This document shows, piece after piece, positions 11,805-25,812 of a stretch of DNA of 64,000 nt (its first letter is position 1; each line of letters opens with the position of its first letter). This DNA is from Salpingoeca rosetta (Eukaryota; Protista; Choanoflagellata), in assembly GCA_033442325.1 (NCBI GenBank), contig JAWQFM010000008.1, positions 1,895,309-1,959,308 of the forward strand, read 5' to 3'. The position numbers were made by a program, and so were the translations under genes. The notes below the pieces were generated by a model. The model searched no databases, was not told the origin of the DNA, and saw nothing but the letters and a program-made list of their open reading frames with translations.

Positions 11805-14800
11805 ATGTTTCCCCGCCGCGACGTGTACGGCACGACACAGCTGCACAAGCCGTTTCGTGCACACGAGCCAGACCCACGCACCATCGAGGCGGTGCACCAG
11901 GTTCCACGCGAGTCAAACGTTCGCTTGACAGCCTCATCGAAAGTCTTTGTGAGTTCCGACCAAGGGCGGTGCCGTCCTGATCCGTGCGCTCATTCTAACT
12001 CGCTCGCGCATGACTCCTGCACCAGCTCATGCTCACTCACACACACACTCACACACAATCACAATCACAATCACACTCACACACAATCACACACACACAC
12101 ACTCTCTCACACACACACACACACACACACGCACACACACACTCTCTCTCACACACACCTTGCATTTACTCATGTGCACTCTATCCCATCTGCTACATCC
12201 TATGCACGCGCGTACAATGATCAGGAGGGGAAAGGCAACCTGCAAGGACACAACCCCCACAAAATCACAGCGAGCCAGCCCTACTCAGCAAAGTCCCCGC
12301 GCAAGCGCCGCCAGCTGCCACCGACGCCATCGACTGAGGCGCTGTCCAGCCGCATCCACACCCACAAGGTCCCCGTGTACGACAAGAAGGGCCCCATCGC
12401 CAATTCCACCACACACACCAGCACCTTCGAGGCGCCAAGAGGTGCGTTGCTCCAGGCTTGTTGAGGCGAAGTTGAAGATGGTGCACGCAGTGTCATGCAG
12501 CTGCGTGCAGTTGCTCGACCAGTTTGTCCTGCACAGCAATATGTGCTGGGGCCTCTTCCTCTCTGCCATCCCCTCCCTGCTAACCTCGTTCCTGCTTGTC
12601 TGTTTGTGTAGTGTTGCCGCACGTCGAGATCAGCGACCGCACCATCCGGCCTCTCTCCCAAAACGTCCAGCGCTCCTCCTTCAGAGACGTGCGTACACGC
12701 GAACCAGGGGACATGTGTGTGTGTGTGCACGAACCGAGTGACAAGTGGATACATTTCAGATGCATGTTGCGCTGCACTGCACATCGCACATGTACGCGCG
12801 CACACACACACACACACACACACTGTTCTTCACTGCGTTTTCGTCGGCTGACGTGCCTTCCCCAGTTCCACCTCACTGCTGGCTGCGCTGTTGTCTGGTT
12901 GGTGCCATCTACTTGTTGTCTGGTTGGTGCCATCTACTTGTTGGTGCGCAGGACCCCGTTGAGCGGTCCGGTGATACGCAGGGAAGGTGGAACACCGACC
13001 ACGGTTACAGCGAACGCGACAACATTGGCCAGCTCCCACTGTATGTTGTTGCACCCGCTGCCCAACTAGTGCTTGCCTGCATGCTGTGAGGTGTCGTCGG
13101 TGTGTGTGTATGAATGCGTGTGTGCATTCGTGTGTATGCGTGTAGGTCCGAATGCGTGTGTGTGGATTTGTGCTTGTGCGTGCCAATGGTACACTGACTT
13201 TGATGCACGTGTGATGTGTGTGTGTGTGTGTTTTTAGGACGGTCGTTGGTGAGGACAGCGAGCAGATCAGCGCGTGGCGGCGGTCGCAGGATCTGATCAA
13301 GAGTCTCCGCGTCTCGGACGCAAAGGCCGAGGACCCATGGTGCGACGGAGTTGGTGTTAATCGTGTGGATGTTGGCAGTTGTGGTGGTCATGGGGAAGCA
13401 TCACATAGGACACACACAACACAACACAACACAACACAACACACACACGCGCACAACACAACACAACACACGCACACACAACACAACACAACACACACAC
13501 ACATACACAGGTGCTCAACCTGCACTGCATGCATATGGTGACATGTTCATTCTGTTACTCTCTCACTCCCATACACTCACTCACGTATCATCATCACCAC
13601 CACCACCACCACTAACATCACATTACGTTTGCGTGTTTGGTTGCATCAGGTGGACACCTCGCTCAACGCAGCCCGAGAGCCGCCACGATCGCGCCACAAC
13701 AGAGACAGACGACCTCCCCGATGTGTTTGTTCGGCTGACCGACCACAAGCGGTGCGAGTCGTCGTTCGTGGTCTTGTGATCAGAGATGGGAGGCAGCAGT
13801 ACAAGAGGGCATGGGAGACAAGCAGTGTACGGCTGTGTTGATTGCCATGTATCCACTTTTTTGATGTGCGCGCATGTGACATACACACCAGTACTCTGCT
13901 TCCACACTTTCTCACATCCACAATATCTTGCTGTTCCCCCCCCCCCACACACACACACACTTCTTCTTCTTTCTCCTCCTCGTCTGCCCTCGCCAGGTAC
14001 AACGGGACACACAAGCACCGCTTTTCGCAGGACGGCGTTGGGCTCGGGCTTGAGGGGCGGCGGGAGGATGACCACCATCGCCACGTGCTCGCTGGCGAAG
14101 CGAAGATCACACGCGACCTTGATGTGGTGCGTACACGTGTTGGTGCATGTGGTGATGGTGATGATGATGATGGTGTTGGAAATGGCTGTCGTGACAAGGC
14201 TGCGTTGCTGTTGCTCATGCCCTCCATACCTGGATCTGTGATCGTGCCCCCGTCTGGCTGCGCTCACACGACTGCTGTCCTCTGCGTCTGCACTGCACAC
14301 TGCTGTCTTTAGGAAATGGACGCACCGAACAAGCCAACACTGCCATGGGAAACCCCAAAGACAAGGTTCGTAGCAGCTGGCGCACCATGTCACTATTCCT
14401 GCGTGTATGAATCTGGGCCTGCGTTTCTACGTGTCTGCGTGCATGTGTGTGTGTGTGTGTTAGCGTGCTCATCCCCATACTGTGCTGGCACGTGTGCTTG
14501 TGTGTACATGTGTGTGTGTTATTGCATCGTGCAGTCGGCCCGTCAGTCGCTCCAGCACGAGCCGCAGCCGCAGCCCTTCGAAGGAATCTGTCTTTGAACG
14601 CCTCTCAAAGCCAACAAAACGCAAGGTTGGCTTGTTTGTTTGTTTGCTTGCTTGCTTGCTTGTTTGCGTGTGTGTGCATGTGTGCGTGTGTACGTGTGTC
14701 TGTGAGTGTCGTCGCTTGCTGATCGCTTCCGTTCATGTTCACCTGTGTGTGTGTGTGTATGTGTGCGTGCAGCAGGACCTCCCTGATGGCGACTATGAGA

Positions 14801-14871
14801 TCAAGATGAAGGTGATGAACGACTTTGGTGTGAACAAAGACCTCGTTGCCAAGTGGCAGGCGGCAGTCTAG
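11805..14871 (+). CDS. TPPP-like protein with partial p25alpha domain
   Basis: Exons 13650-13751 and 13997-14126 splice to DVFVRLTDHKRYNGTHKHRFSQDGVGLGLEGRRED, matching the p25alpha C-terminal motif with GxGxGxxGR. A later SVFERLSKP motif is present. The upstream exon structure is less certain. Confidence 0.78.
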
Positions 14872-15308
14872 ACGCAAACAACAACAACAACAATTGCATA
14901 GAAGCACGCTTTTTTTTTTTGGCTGCACAAGCAAGCTCGCATTATGTGGTTTGTCACCCTTTCTCTCTCCTTCTCTCTGTGTGCTTGTGTCTTGATCAAA
15001 GTCAAGTCTGTGGTTGAGAGGTTGCTTTTTGTTTGTTAAACTTAACCAAATACAATGAGCAGCAGCACCACTGGTTGATCAAGACAAGCAACGCGTGTCA
15101 TGCAACAACAAAAAAGAAGGAGAAAACACGAAAGATCAGAAGGACACATGCAGGTGAAAAGAGCTTTCGAACACACACATAGGACGAAATTGAGGCCAGT
15201 GGTCGCGGAAATGACAGACAGACACACGCACACACACAGACACCGCGAGGAAACAAAACAGAACACACACACACACATAATTGTGATGGTAATGGCGAAG
15301 GCAAGCGC

Positions 15309-15534
15309 TTACAGACTAATGTGTTCGTATGTGGAGAGGGAAGAGAGAAGAATGTACATCAGCCAGAGCGTGAGAAACAGTGCAGCAGTTGGCTTGGCGT
15401 ACGCACCGCCAAGCTCAGCGCCTGATGAAGTCATGTGTGTGTGTGTGTGGTTGATACTGGATGGTGAGGTAATGATACGGTGGGTTAACACAAGGTCGTG
15501 ACGTGACACGTGCATACGGCTTCCAAGATGCACA

Positions 15535-15631
<97 letters not shown>

Positions 15632-16788
15632 GGACGCACCGACGGTGTATCTGCGAACGACGAGTGTGCCCAGACAGATGATGCAGCAGAGGGAGAAGAT
15701 GATGACACTGAAAGCAAGGTCGCCAGAGGGAACCCAGAACACTGCATTGGAGTACTTGGCGTTGATGCACGGGGGAACCTGATTGTGGTCGCGTTAAGAG
15801 GTGAAGGCACAAATGAGGGACATTTGGAAGCATTGGTCAAATTATTCAATTCATTCGCGCACACACACACACTATTACACAAGGCAACACACACACACAC
15901 ACTATCTCTTTGCATAAATGTGGTTGGTTCTCGTGCGTGTGTGCTCTTACGGTTGCAATCCATTCGTCAGTCTTGCCGACGACGGGCCAGTAGATGGCGG
16001 CGATGATCCACGAGAGGCCAAGACCCAGGAACACATTCACAGAGTTGCTGCCCGTCACGTTGGTGATGGCTGCGTCTGCACGGATGGACGAGGCAAGGAG
16101 CGGGGGATTGTGGCATGAACACAGGAAGCAAGGAGGTGAGTAGAAGCGCACATGTCTGGCTGGTTGTGGAACGAACACTCGTCTGCACAAGCTATGCAAC
16201 TCAGCGTCCCTCATATCCATCGACACACACACACACACACATGCATGCGAACCTGCTGTGTCTGATGCAATTGTGGCGGACATGCTTGCGAATGTGTCGG
16301 GGAGCGACGTGCCGAGGGCAACAAACGTGATGGCTGTCACCGCATCCTGACAAGATGAAGCAGCAGCAGCAGCAGCGAGTGGTGATTGTGGCGGAAGTGG
16401 CAGGGTGAGTGGGCGAGTGGGCGGTGCGCAACCATCACGATGCCTGGCAGAAACCTCCATCGCAGCGAGCAAAAGAAAGCAGTGCGTGCGTGCATCTCCG
16501 CACCTCAAGGCCCATTGCGCAGCCCATGAGAGAGGCAAGGTCGCCAATTGTCGCCGTGACAATGCCAATCATGATCAGCGCTGACCCAAACGTCACCCAG
16601 CCATTCAGGAACCTGCAAACAAGCAAGGCAGCGGCCACGGTGTTGGGTGTGTTGGTGAACGCATGTGAAGGTGAAGCGGTGCGACGTGCAAGATGCACAT
16701 TGTGTGTGTGTGTGTGTGCGTGTGTGTGAGTGTGTGTGCGTGCGTGCGTGCGTGCGTGTGTGTGAGTGTGTGAGTGTGTATGTGTGAG

Positions 16789-16834
<46 letters not shown>

Positions 16835-18817
16835 TGCGTGCGCGTTGCCATTGCGCCAGTTCAGACTACGACTTAAACCGTACAAGGTGGGCGGAAGGCA
16901 GGCGGCAATGATCTTCCAGGGGATGTTGATGAGGTGCATCACAATGGCAAACGTGCCAGAGCCCTGAGAAGCAACAGCGAGGAGGGCGTCGTGGTGGTGG
17001 TGGTGGTGGTGGTGGTGGTGGTGGTAGTGGTGGTGGTGAGAAAATGTTTGTGGGGTACAAGACGAATTGAAGGAAGTAAATGCGAATTCTTTGTCTGGCT
17101 GTCAAGAAGAGGATTAGAAGCAGCACGAACATGATCCACTGCCAATCGCCACCACGACGATGGTGCCCACACCTCCTCCGGCCATGCGAGCGCGTCGACA
17201 AACTGCGACTTCCAGTCCGTGCCGCCGATGCGGAATTTGTCGAGATTGAGATTCAGCAGCGCCGTCACCTGCAGGCGTCGTGGCCGCGGTGGTGATGAAG
17301 GCGAGCCGTGAATGGCGCATTGTGAATAGTGGTGGATGGTGGTGAGCGACGTGTTGGGCGGTTGCTGTGGTGCTGAAGAAGGAAGGGCGACACGCGAGCA
17401 CGCAGGGAGCAAAACACAAAACCGAAACCGATCTAAAGAACAGTAAAAGCGGAGACGACACTAGCATACAGTGTGCTGAGAGAACAAGCAACGAAGTGCA
17501 AACCTTGTCAGCGAGCGTGGTGACTTCATCATCGTTGAGGATGGTGATCTTGCACTTGGTCACCTCGCCAAAGGTGACATCCTCGCTCTGTGGCAGCAGC
17601 AGCAACAGCAGCAGCAGCAGCGGCGGCGGCGGCGGTGGTGGTGGTGGTTGGAAGCAATGAATTCATGTGAATGACACATACGAACGGCGAACATGCGAGG
17701 CACAAGCGGGCAACACATGCTCACAACCGAAGGAAAACGAGCAACGGACAGCACAGCGCGCCCAATACAACGGCTGCGCCGCTCACCAACAGGATCAAGT
17801 CAACAGCAGCGCAAGCAACATCAGTCGCAGCAGCCGCAGCAGAAACATTATTGCGTCATATGAACATGGACGAACCTCTTCGAGGGTGAGGAAGAAGTGC
17901 TCGTCAAGCTCGTATTCCTCGTCGTCAACAATGTTGATGGCAATCACCTTCTCCGTCTCGCCATCCTCAAACACGAGCGTGCCCTTTGTTTCCTCGTAGT
18001 CGTGGGGGGCGTGTGCCGTGCCGTCCTGTGTTGCGTAATTCACCTTCAGCTCCCCCTTGGATCCGTTCTGCCGCAGAACAGACAGGAAGATTGTTCCGAC
18101 GTTCTCCAAACAGCTGAACTTGGACAGCTCAAGTGACACAACACCTAAACGTGGGACAAGAAAGGGGGGTGGGGAATTGATGAGTGTGGTGAGTGCACAT
18201 GCGTCACAAAGTGTACGTGTGTATGTGCGCGGGCGGGTATGTGAGTGTGTGTGCGTGTACATGATCTTCGTGCATTCGTGTATGTTGCCCTGGGTACGAG
18301 TGTGTGCATGTGGCGCGGTGATGACCTGGGTGGTCGTCGTCGATGATGGTGATGCGTGCGCGGTTGCGGCCGGGCACAATGAGATACTGCTCTGGGGACG
18401 GGTTCTTGATGTAGAAGTAGAAATGCTCATCGTCCTCCTCCTCGTCATCGTCGATAATCTGAAACACCGCCACACATGCACACAGGTGAGCAATTGCACA
18501 AAATGAATAAACACATGCGCACGCACGCAAGCATGTTTGTGAACGTATCTGCATGAGTCTGCATGTGTGTTTGCATGTGTGTGTGTGTGTATCTTGTGCA
18601 CAACCATGCGCACGCGTGTGCCCATGTGTGTATACCTTGATTGGGATGACTTTCTCTTCTTCTCCAGCAGAAAATTCGGCCACGCCTTTCGTCTCCTCAA
18701 AATCCTGCACACACACACACACACACGCAGTAAAGTGGCTTGACGTGTGAGTGCCATGTGCTTCACGAAACAGATCATCCAGACATGCGCACACGTATCC
18801 ATCCACGCGAGCATGTA

Positions 18818-18850
<33 letters not shown>

Positions 18851-19149
18851 CACAAGTGTGAGGTGATTGCATGCAACTGACCACGCCCATGGTTGCCGTG
18901 TCGCCCTCGGTGTAGTACTCAATGGTCAGCGGCAGTGACAAGTCGCCCGTCCGAAGAATCTTCACATTCACGTGGCCGTCGCCTGCCCACGCACGCACGC
19001 ACGCACACACACACATACAAGCATGTCAGGCATGAGCGTATGCTGAACGCAGAGAAAGAACACCACCACCACCACCACCATCAATCACTACTAATACCCC
19101 TGCTGTAACCATGACTGACATGCATTGTGACAACGCGGTACGTACACGT

Positions 19150-19208
<59 letters not shown>

Positions 19209-19436
19209 CGTGTGTGCGAGTGTGTGTGTGTGTGTGTGTTGCTGACCTTCGCCGATGGAGTATTGGAGCGACTCGAGGCCAACAAAGTTCTTCTTCGCCA
19301 ACTTCGTCTTGTGCGCCTCAAAGAAGTCGTCCCGCTGCCAACACATGCCCACATGGGGGTGAGAGTGCGTGTGTGCATGTTCGGGTGCGTGTGTATGTGT
19401 TCGGGTGCGAGTGTGTTCGGTGTTGTGTGTGTGTGT

Positions 19437-19478
<42 letters not shown>

Positions 19479-19627
19479 TGTGGATGTCGACAGCTTACGA
19501 GTAGGGCCTCCTGCAACTTGGCCTTGTTGTAGTCTGGGAGAATGCCGCCAGAGCCGACGAGCTTTCGCGTCGCGTCAATCCGGAACTGCGCACGCGACAC
19601 TCGCTCGCCCTGATGACGGTGATGGTT

Positions 19628-19717
<90 letters not shown>

Positions 19718-19719
19718 GG

Positions 19720-19755
<36 letters not shown>

Positions 19756-20660
19756 CGTCGTCGTGAGGAGAAGAGGCAACCCATAGGGTGAGTGCAAGGC
19801 GCGGCCATGTACATGAAACGGCGACATTGGGGAGAACAAAGGAAAAGGAGTCAAGGCGCACGGGTGCACCTTGAGTTTCTTTGCGAGGGCGAGGTTGACC
19901 TTATCCTCCATTGTCATCGAGTTGGAGCGCTGGAGCATTCAAGTGCACACGCACACACACATATACGCATGAGAGAAAGTGAGCGTATGTGACCGTGCAT
20001 GCGTGTCTTCAGTGCAAAGCGCACGTGAACGCATGTGTGAATGTACATGTGTGCGTGCGTGCGTGTGTGTGCGTGTGCGCACCGCGATTCGCTTGATGAT
20101 GGTGTCTGCCTCGTATGGGTCGTGGAACTGGTGCCCGTGCTCAACGTCGTTGTCAATGCGCAGCACATTGTCAACAGAAGCCGGGTGCCTGCCGTGACAA
20201 CCAAAGCCGTGGCGACGATGGTCGTGGTGATGACGTGATGGTGGTGTGAGGTAGTCGTGGTGGCGGCGGGAGGGTGTGGATAGAGGGTGTGATGGATGAC
20301 AGGCTTTCGTGAGGTATTGAGCAGCACGTTCAAGGTGTTGGCAAAACGCAATAGCAAAGGGGCGTCGTGAAAACTGAGAGGCACAAGGCAAGGTAAGGGG
20401 AGCACACGTGGACGGTGCATTTGTGAGTGGCGCACCGCTTTCCAAAGTCGAAGTATCCACGATCGGCCATGAAGCTGAGGCCCAACAGCATTGGGAAGAA
20501 CAGCAGCGTCAGCACACCCTGGTGCACATTGCATCATCACATTACGCAAGCGCAGGTGTCTAGATGAGTTGCATTGCTTGGGGAAGAGATACAAGTCACC
20601 AACAGAAGCTGAGGTGCATTTCCGGAACGCACACACCACCAGCACCACCAGCACCACCAG

Positions 20661-20692
<32 letters not shown>

Positions 20693-21113
20693 CCAGCAGC
20701 AGCAGCGCACCTCCCAGACTTCGACGACGTTTGGCGAGGAGACAACGAGGATGATGATGAGCCAGACATATGCAAACACAGAGAAGATGGCGGTGACGAT
20801 GAACACGCCGTACTGCTCCAGCCGCCGAACCTCGCCCTGGTGAACGCCGCAAAGTGAAAGGGAGGGGGGAGGGGTGCTCACGTGTGAAGGCCGTCCGCGA
20901 GCAAAAGGCGGGCAGAGTGGAGAGAGCAAGGAGCAGCGGTTGGAAAAACCACCAAGAGAAAGAGGGGTGGGAGGAACACGAAGAGGCGTCGGATGCGCGG
21001 AAGCACACTCATACACGCGCACAAATGTACGCAACCATGTACATACACACAGACACACAGACACACAAACAAACACAAACACACATACACACACTCTCTC
21101 GTTCTCTCTCTTT

Positions 21114-21189
<76 letters not shown>

Positions 21190-21703
21190 CGAACGCGCAC
21201 ACGCGTGCACGATTACACTGTGGGCTGCGGTGATAACCAACCTGTGGCACTGCGAGGGAGCAGACAGCGAAGATGACGAGCAGGTTGAAGGCGGCGGATC
21301 CAACAATGGTGGACGGGCCAAGGGCGCCGGCAAAGAAGTTTCCCGCCACAACCTCAATCACGGAGAGGATAATCTCGGGAGCCGAGGAGCCCAGTGCCAT
21401 CAGCGACAGGTTGGCAATGGTGGGGTTCCAGACCTGATTTGGTGGGGGAGGGGGAAGGGGAAGAGAAGGAGACACATCAATGTGTAGCAACGGCAGCAAT
21501 CGTGATGGTGGTGGTGAGTTTGAGCTCAAAGACGAGGTTTTGTGCACAATGATGTGCGTGCAGGAGAGGAAGACGGGAGGGAAAGTGATAGCCAGAGACA
21601 CAAAGGCACACAGAGGGACAGGTAAAGAGACAGATAGAGACAACACCCCCACACCCAAACGCATCTGCACCCCCCTCCCAACACACTCACACTCACACTC
21701 ACG

Positions 21704-21750
<47 letters not shown>

Positions 21751-22125
21751 CACCCACACCCACACACACTGGTTGCTGCTGCTGACCTGAACGTGCACGA
21801 CGCGTCCGTCCTTCAGTTTGACCTCCTTTTCCTTACTGGTGATGACCTCGATGGCCTCCATAAAGACATCGGTGATGATGCCAATGCCGGAGAAGGTCCA
21901 GAGGAGCCCGGCAAGGTACAGGAAGATCTTCAGGCCATCCGACCAGTTGTCCTCGCCGTAGGCGTTGAAGGCGGGCAAGAACGTGCCGGATCCGCCTTTG
22001 CAGATTGGCTTTTCTGTGTTGTTGACAATGCGGTCACCGCATGGCTCGCCGTGGACTCCAGCCACGAGCGACAGCGACACAATGACGGTGGTGGCAACCA
22101 GTGCCAGCGACAGCCCACGAACCAT
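15309..22125 (-). CDS. NCX: Sodium/calcium exchanger (SLC8/NCX family) with two Calx-beta domains
   Basis: Signal peptide; [24 protein letters not shown] (alpha-1 repeat); Calx-beta segments ([31 protein letters not shown]); [16 protein letters not shown] and [15 protein letters not shown] (alpha-2 repeat); terminal GAELGG...[11 protein letters not shown]. Confidence 0.95.
19628..19755. repeat. (TTG/CAA)n intronic microsatellite in NCX
   Basis: Read directly from the sequence. Confidence 0.95.
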
Positions 22126-22475
22126 GCTCGCAGCCCGCAAGGAACAGAGGCAAAAGAACGGTTGGCAGTGGTACACAGGTCGGCTCAAGAAGAGTATGAA
22201 AGGCGTCAAAGGCCAGCGCCACACAGAAAGATGCCGATGGCAGTGGTTGATGTGTGTGTGTGGTGTGTGTGTGTGTGTGTGTGTGTTTGCGTGTGGTTGA
22301 AGGTGTGGTGGGAGGGGTTGATAAGTGGGTGTGTTGTGTTGTTTGGGAGCGACGGCATGCCAGATTGGCGGGCGTGTTTATATGAAGCATGCCAGATTGG
22401 GCGGGCGTGTCAACATCGTTTGTCCGCTGATTCGCCCACCCTCGTTTGTCCTCTGACGACCACATCACAACACTG

Positions 22476-22575
22476 NNNNNNNNNNNNNNNNNNNNNNNNN
22501 NNNNNNNNNNNNNNNNNNNNNNNNNNNNNNNNNNNNNNNNNNNNNNNNNNNNNNNNNNNNNNNNNNNNNNNNNNN
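22476..22575. other. Assembly gap (100 N)
   Basis: N run. Equivalent gaps lie at 34694-34793, 35526-35625 and 62887-62986. Confidence 1.
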
Positions 22576-22739
22576 GTTTTGTTGCTTGTTTTGTGCCTGC
22601 CGCTTTCATTGCGGTTCTTCGCGTATCCCCTTCTTTTTTATCCCCTCACTCCTGACACATCCCCTACCCTTTTTTTATTTCTTCCTCAAGAGTCGTCTAC
22701 CTGACATTTATTGGTTGTTTTGTAGGACACTTTTGGTCA

Positions 22740-22863
<124 letters not shown>

Positions 22864-22884
22864 CTCGCTCACTCGGCCTTTGTC

Positions 22885-24970
22885 ATGAGTGAGGAGAAGA
22901 AGAAGCTGTCGTCCTTCCTGACGGCGATTGAGAAGGTGAAGGAAGAGGATAGTGTGTGGACAAGCGATAAGCAGATTGATCGCTTGCTGAGGCCAGGCGC
23001 CAAGTACAGAAATCTCAACCCTTACGAGGTGCGTGTGTGAGTGTTGATGTGTGGGTGTATGTGTGTGTGAGTGTTGATGTGTGTGTGTGCGTGTGCGTGT
23101 GCGTGTGCGTGTGCGTGTGCGTGTGCGTGTGCGTGTGCGTGTGCGTGTGCGTGTGCGTGTGCGTGTGCGTGTGCGTGCTCCTTAAACGTTGTTCTTGTAT
23201 GTGCATGGGTGCTTTAGTTCCTCCTCTGCAAAGGCCGTGTTGCTCACTCGCTCACTGGGTTGAACATGTTGTCTCCTTTCGTAGGTGTTGCAAGTCAGCC
23301 CTGATGATGACGAGAAGAAGATCAAACGGCAGTTTCGAAAGGTAGGATGGAGATTGAGGCATGCTGCTTGGTTTTTGGACGCATTTGCGGTGGTGTCATG
23401 GCTGCTCTTTTTGCGCCTCCATATGCCCATATGCCCATCTACAGTCCTAAACTCATTCGCTCACTCACTGACACACACACACACCCTCTCTCTCGTTCGC
23501 ACACACACACACAAACACAAACGTACGCACTCACTCACTCACACACACACACTCACGCACTCACTCACTTACTCACTCACCCGAACAGCTGTCGTTTCTA
23601 GTGCATCCGGACAAGAACCCGGAGAAGGTGGACCAAGCAAAACTCGCCTTCGATGGTGTGTGCATGTGTATCACTGCCACAGGCATCCTTCTTCAAAGCG
23701 GATGGGTGAAAACTCATTTGGCACGTGAGGTTGTCATTCATCTGTTCACCTCATGTTTTCTGGATGTTGTGCCTGCGTTTATGGCTTGGGCAGTCGTCAA
23801 CACCGCATATCAGACCCTGCAGGATGAGGAGAAGATGGACTGGGTTCATCTCATTTACCGCGAGGCCGAAGAAGAGTTCCCCCACATGGTATGTTTCACC
23901 TGCACATCTGCCTGAACGTAGCTCTTGTAAACGCATGTGTGAGTGAGTGGGAGCGTGTGAGTGTGTGAGAGCGTGTGAGTGAGTGCGTGAGTGTGTGTGT
24001 GTGTGTGAGTGTGTGTGTGTGTGTGTGTTGGCGGGTGTGCGTGTGTCCATGCTTAAGTCGTTGGTGTAGCATTATCGTTCTTGGTGAAGGCCTCTCATCT
24101 CATTTCACGGTACGGGTGCACATGCACATGCGTTGAACGGCCAACATGGAATTCCATTCATTTCGTGCAGTTGGAGCAGCGGCGCAAGGAAGCAAAAAAG
24201 AAGAAAGAAACAATCCCTGAAGACACGAGCGAAGAGCAGGTCTGTCTTCTTGCGCAACACACACACACACACACGCTCACTCACTCACTCACTCACATAA
24301 AGGCTGGCATCTTCCCCCTCCCCCCTAACCCTCTTTGTCTTATCTTATGTGCGTGTGTGTGTGTGCGTATGTGTGCAGCACAAGGAGTCGTTCCGGCGCT
24401 TTCTGATGAAGAAGTTTGCGGATATGGAGATTGAGAAGCAGAAGATCCTGTCCCGCGACTACAAGCAAGCGTATGTCGCTCAGCTGTTGTGGTTGCAGCG
24501 GTGCCACTGTTGGCTGTCGTGGTGGCCGCTGCGGTGGCAGTGAAGGCGATAGTGTTGGCGGCTGTGTTTGCAGTGGAGCTGTTGTTGTGATGGTGGCGCA
24601 TGGGGTGCTGCCGTTGATATGCACCTTGCTTCCTTGCGTACATGTAGATGTTGACTTGCTTGTCGCTGTTCTTGATGTTTGAATGACCTCATGTTCCATC
24701 TCGCACGCGTGGTGTTCTGCGGCTGGGTGCGTTGCCTGCAGGCAAAAGGAGCGGCAGGCCAAAGAGGAGGAGATTGCAAAGGCAAAAGCAGAGAAGGAGG
24801 CGAGAAAGGAATGGGAGGTACGTGTGCATGTGTGCGGGTGTTGCTTGTGCTTGCACGTCTGCTTGTACAAGTGTTTGCGTTCGTATGTGCACACGTGTAT
24901 GCAGTCATTGACGGGTGTGGGCCTTGTCATGCACTGCCATTGCGAATACTCTCCCCTGCTCACTCATTCT

Positions 24971-25026
<56 letters not shown>

Positions 25027-25046
25027 ACAACAACAACAACAACAAC

Positions 25047-25080
<34 letters not shown>

Positions 25081-25100
25081 ACAACAACAACAACAACAAC

Positions 25101-25139
<39 letters not shown>

Positions 25140-25309
25140 AAACAACACACACGTACGCACATACGCATCAGGCTGGGCGGGAGGAGCGTGTGACGTCGTG
25201 GATGAAGTTTGCAGAGGCGAAGAAGAAGACCAAGAAGAAGAAGAAGAAAACCAAAGGCTTTACCGGCGGCTTGCGACCCCCAAAACTCAAGACAGAGAAG
25301 CGCTCGTAA
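22885..25309 (+). CDS. DNAJC8: DnaJ homolog subfamily C member 8 (splicing-associated J protein)
   Basis: DSVWTSDKQIDRLLRPGAKYRNLNPYEVL, J-domain VHPDKNP, KEWEAGREERVTSWMKF, and C-terminal LRPPKLKTEKR. Confidence 0.93.
23087..23177. repeat. (GTGCGT)n hexanucleotide microsatellite in DNAJC8 intron 1
   Basis: Read directly from the sequence. Confidence 0.9.
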
Positions 25310-25812
25310 CTGTAGCATTAAGCATCCCTGCCTCACACACACACACACACACACATGCAGTCGTTGTTGCTGAGTAAATTCTTATCTGGACTTGGGCTAG
25401 CTGCTTTGTCAAGTACAGTCTCAAGCACACGCGGTTTATTGTCGTCTTCTGACACGAAGGGGTGGTTCATTACTCAGAGCAGGACACGCGGGCCGTTTCG
25501 CAATGAGCTGCACCTGCACTCGACAAAAGCAAAGTCGAAACAAAGCGCAAGCGCAACACACCGCGTTCACACCACGTTCTGCAAAGCAACAGAACGGATG
25601 AGTCAACTATAGGCCAGCGTGTGACTGCAACGAGGAGTTGAATTATGAATGCACACAACCAAACACAACGACAGCGATGACGACACCGACGACGGCATTG
25701 ACGGGAAGGCAAGAAGACAACAGGCAAGGAGCGAGGGCACAAAGGGTTCGTTACCACGACGACTTCAACACAGACTGCACCGACGCCGCAGGGGGCGGCA
25801 GGTGTTGCTGGC

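Noticed and set aside
12893-12943. Short direct repeat (gtctggttggtgccatctacttgtt twice) as a CRISPR-like or mobile-element footprint
   Set aside because: Only two adjacent copies with no spacer, inside an intron; a local slippage duplication.
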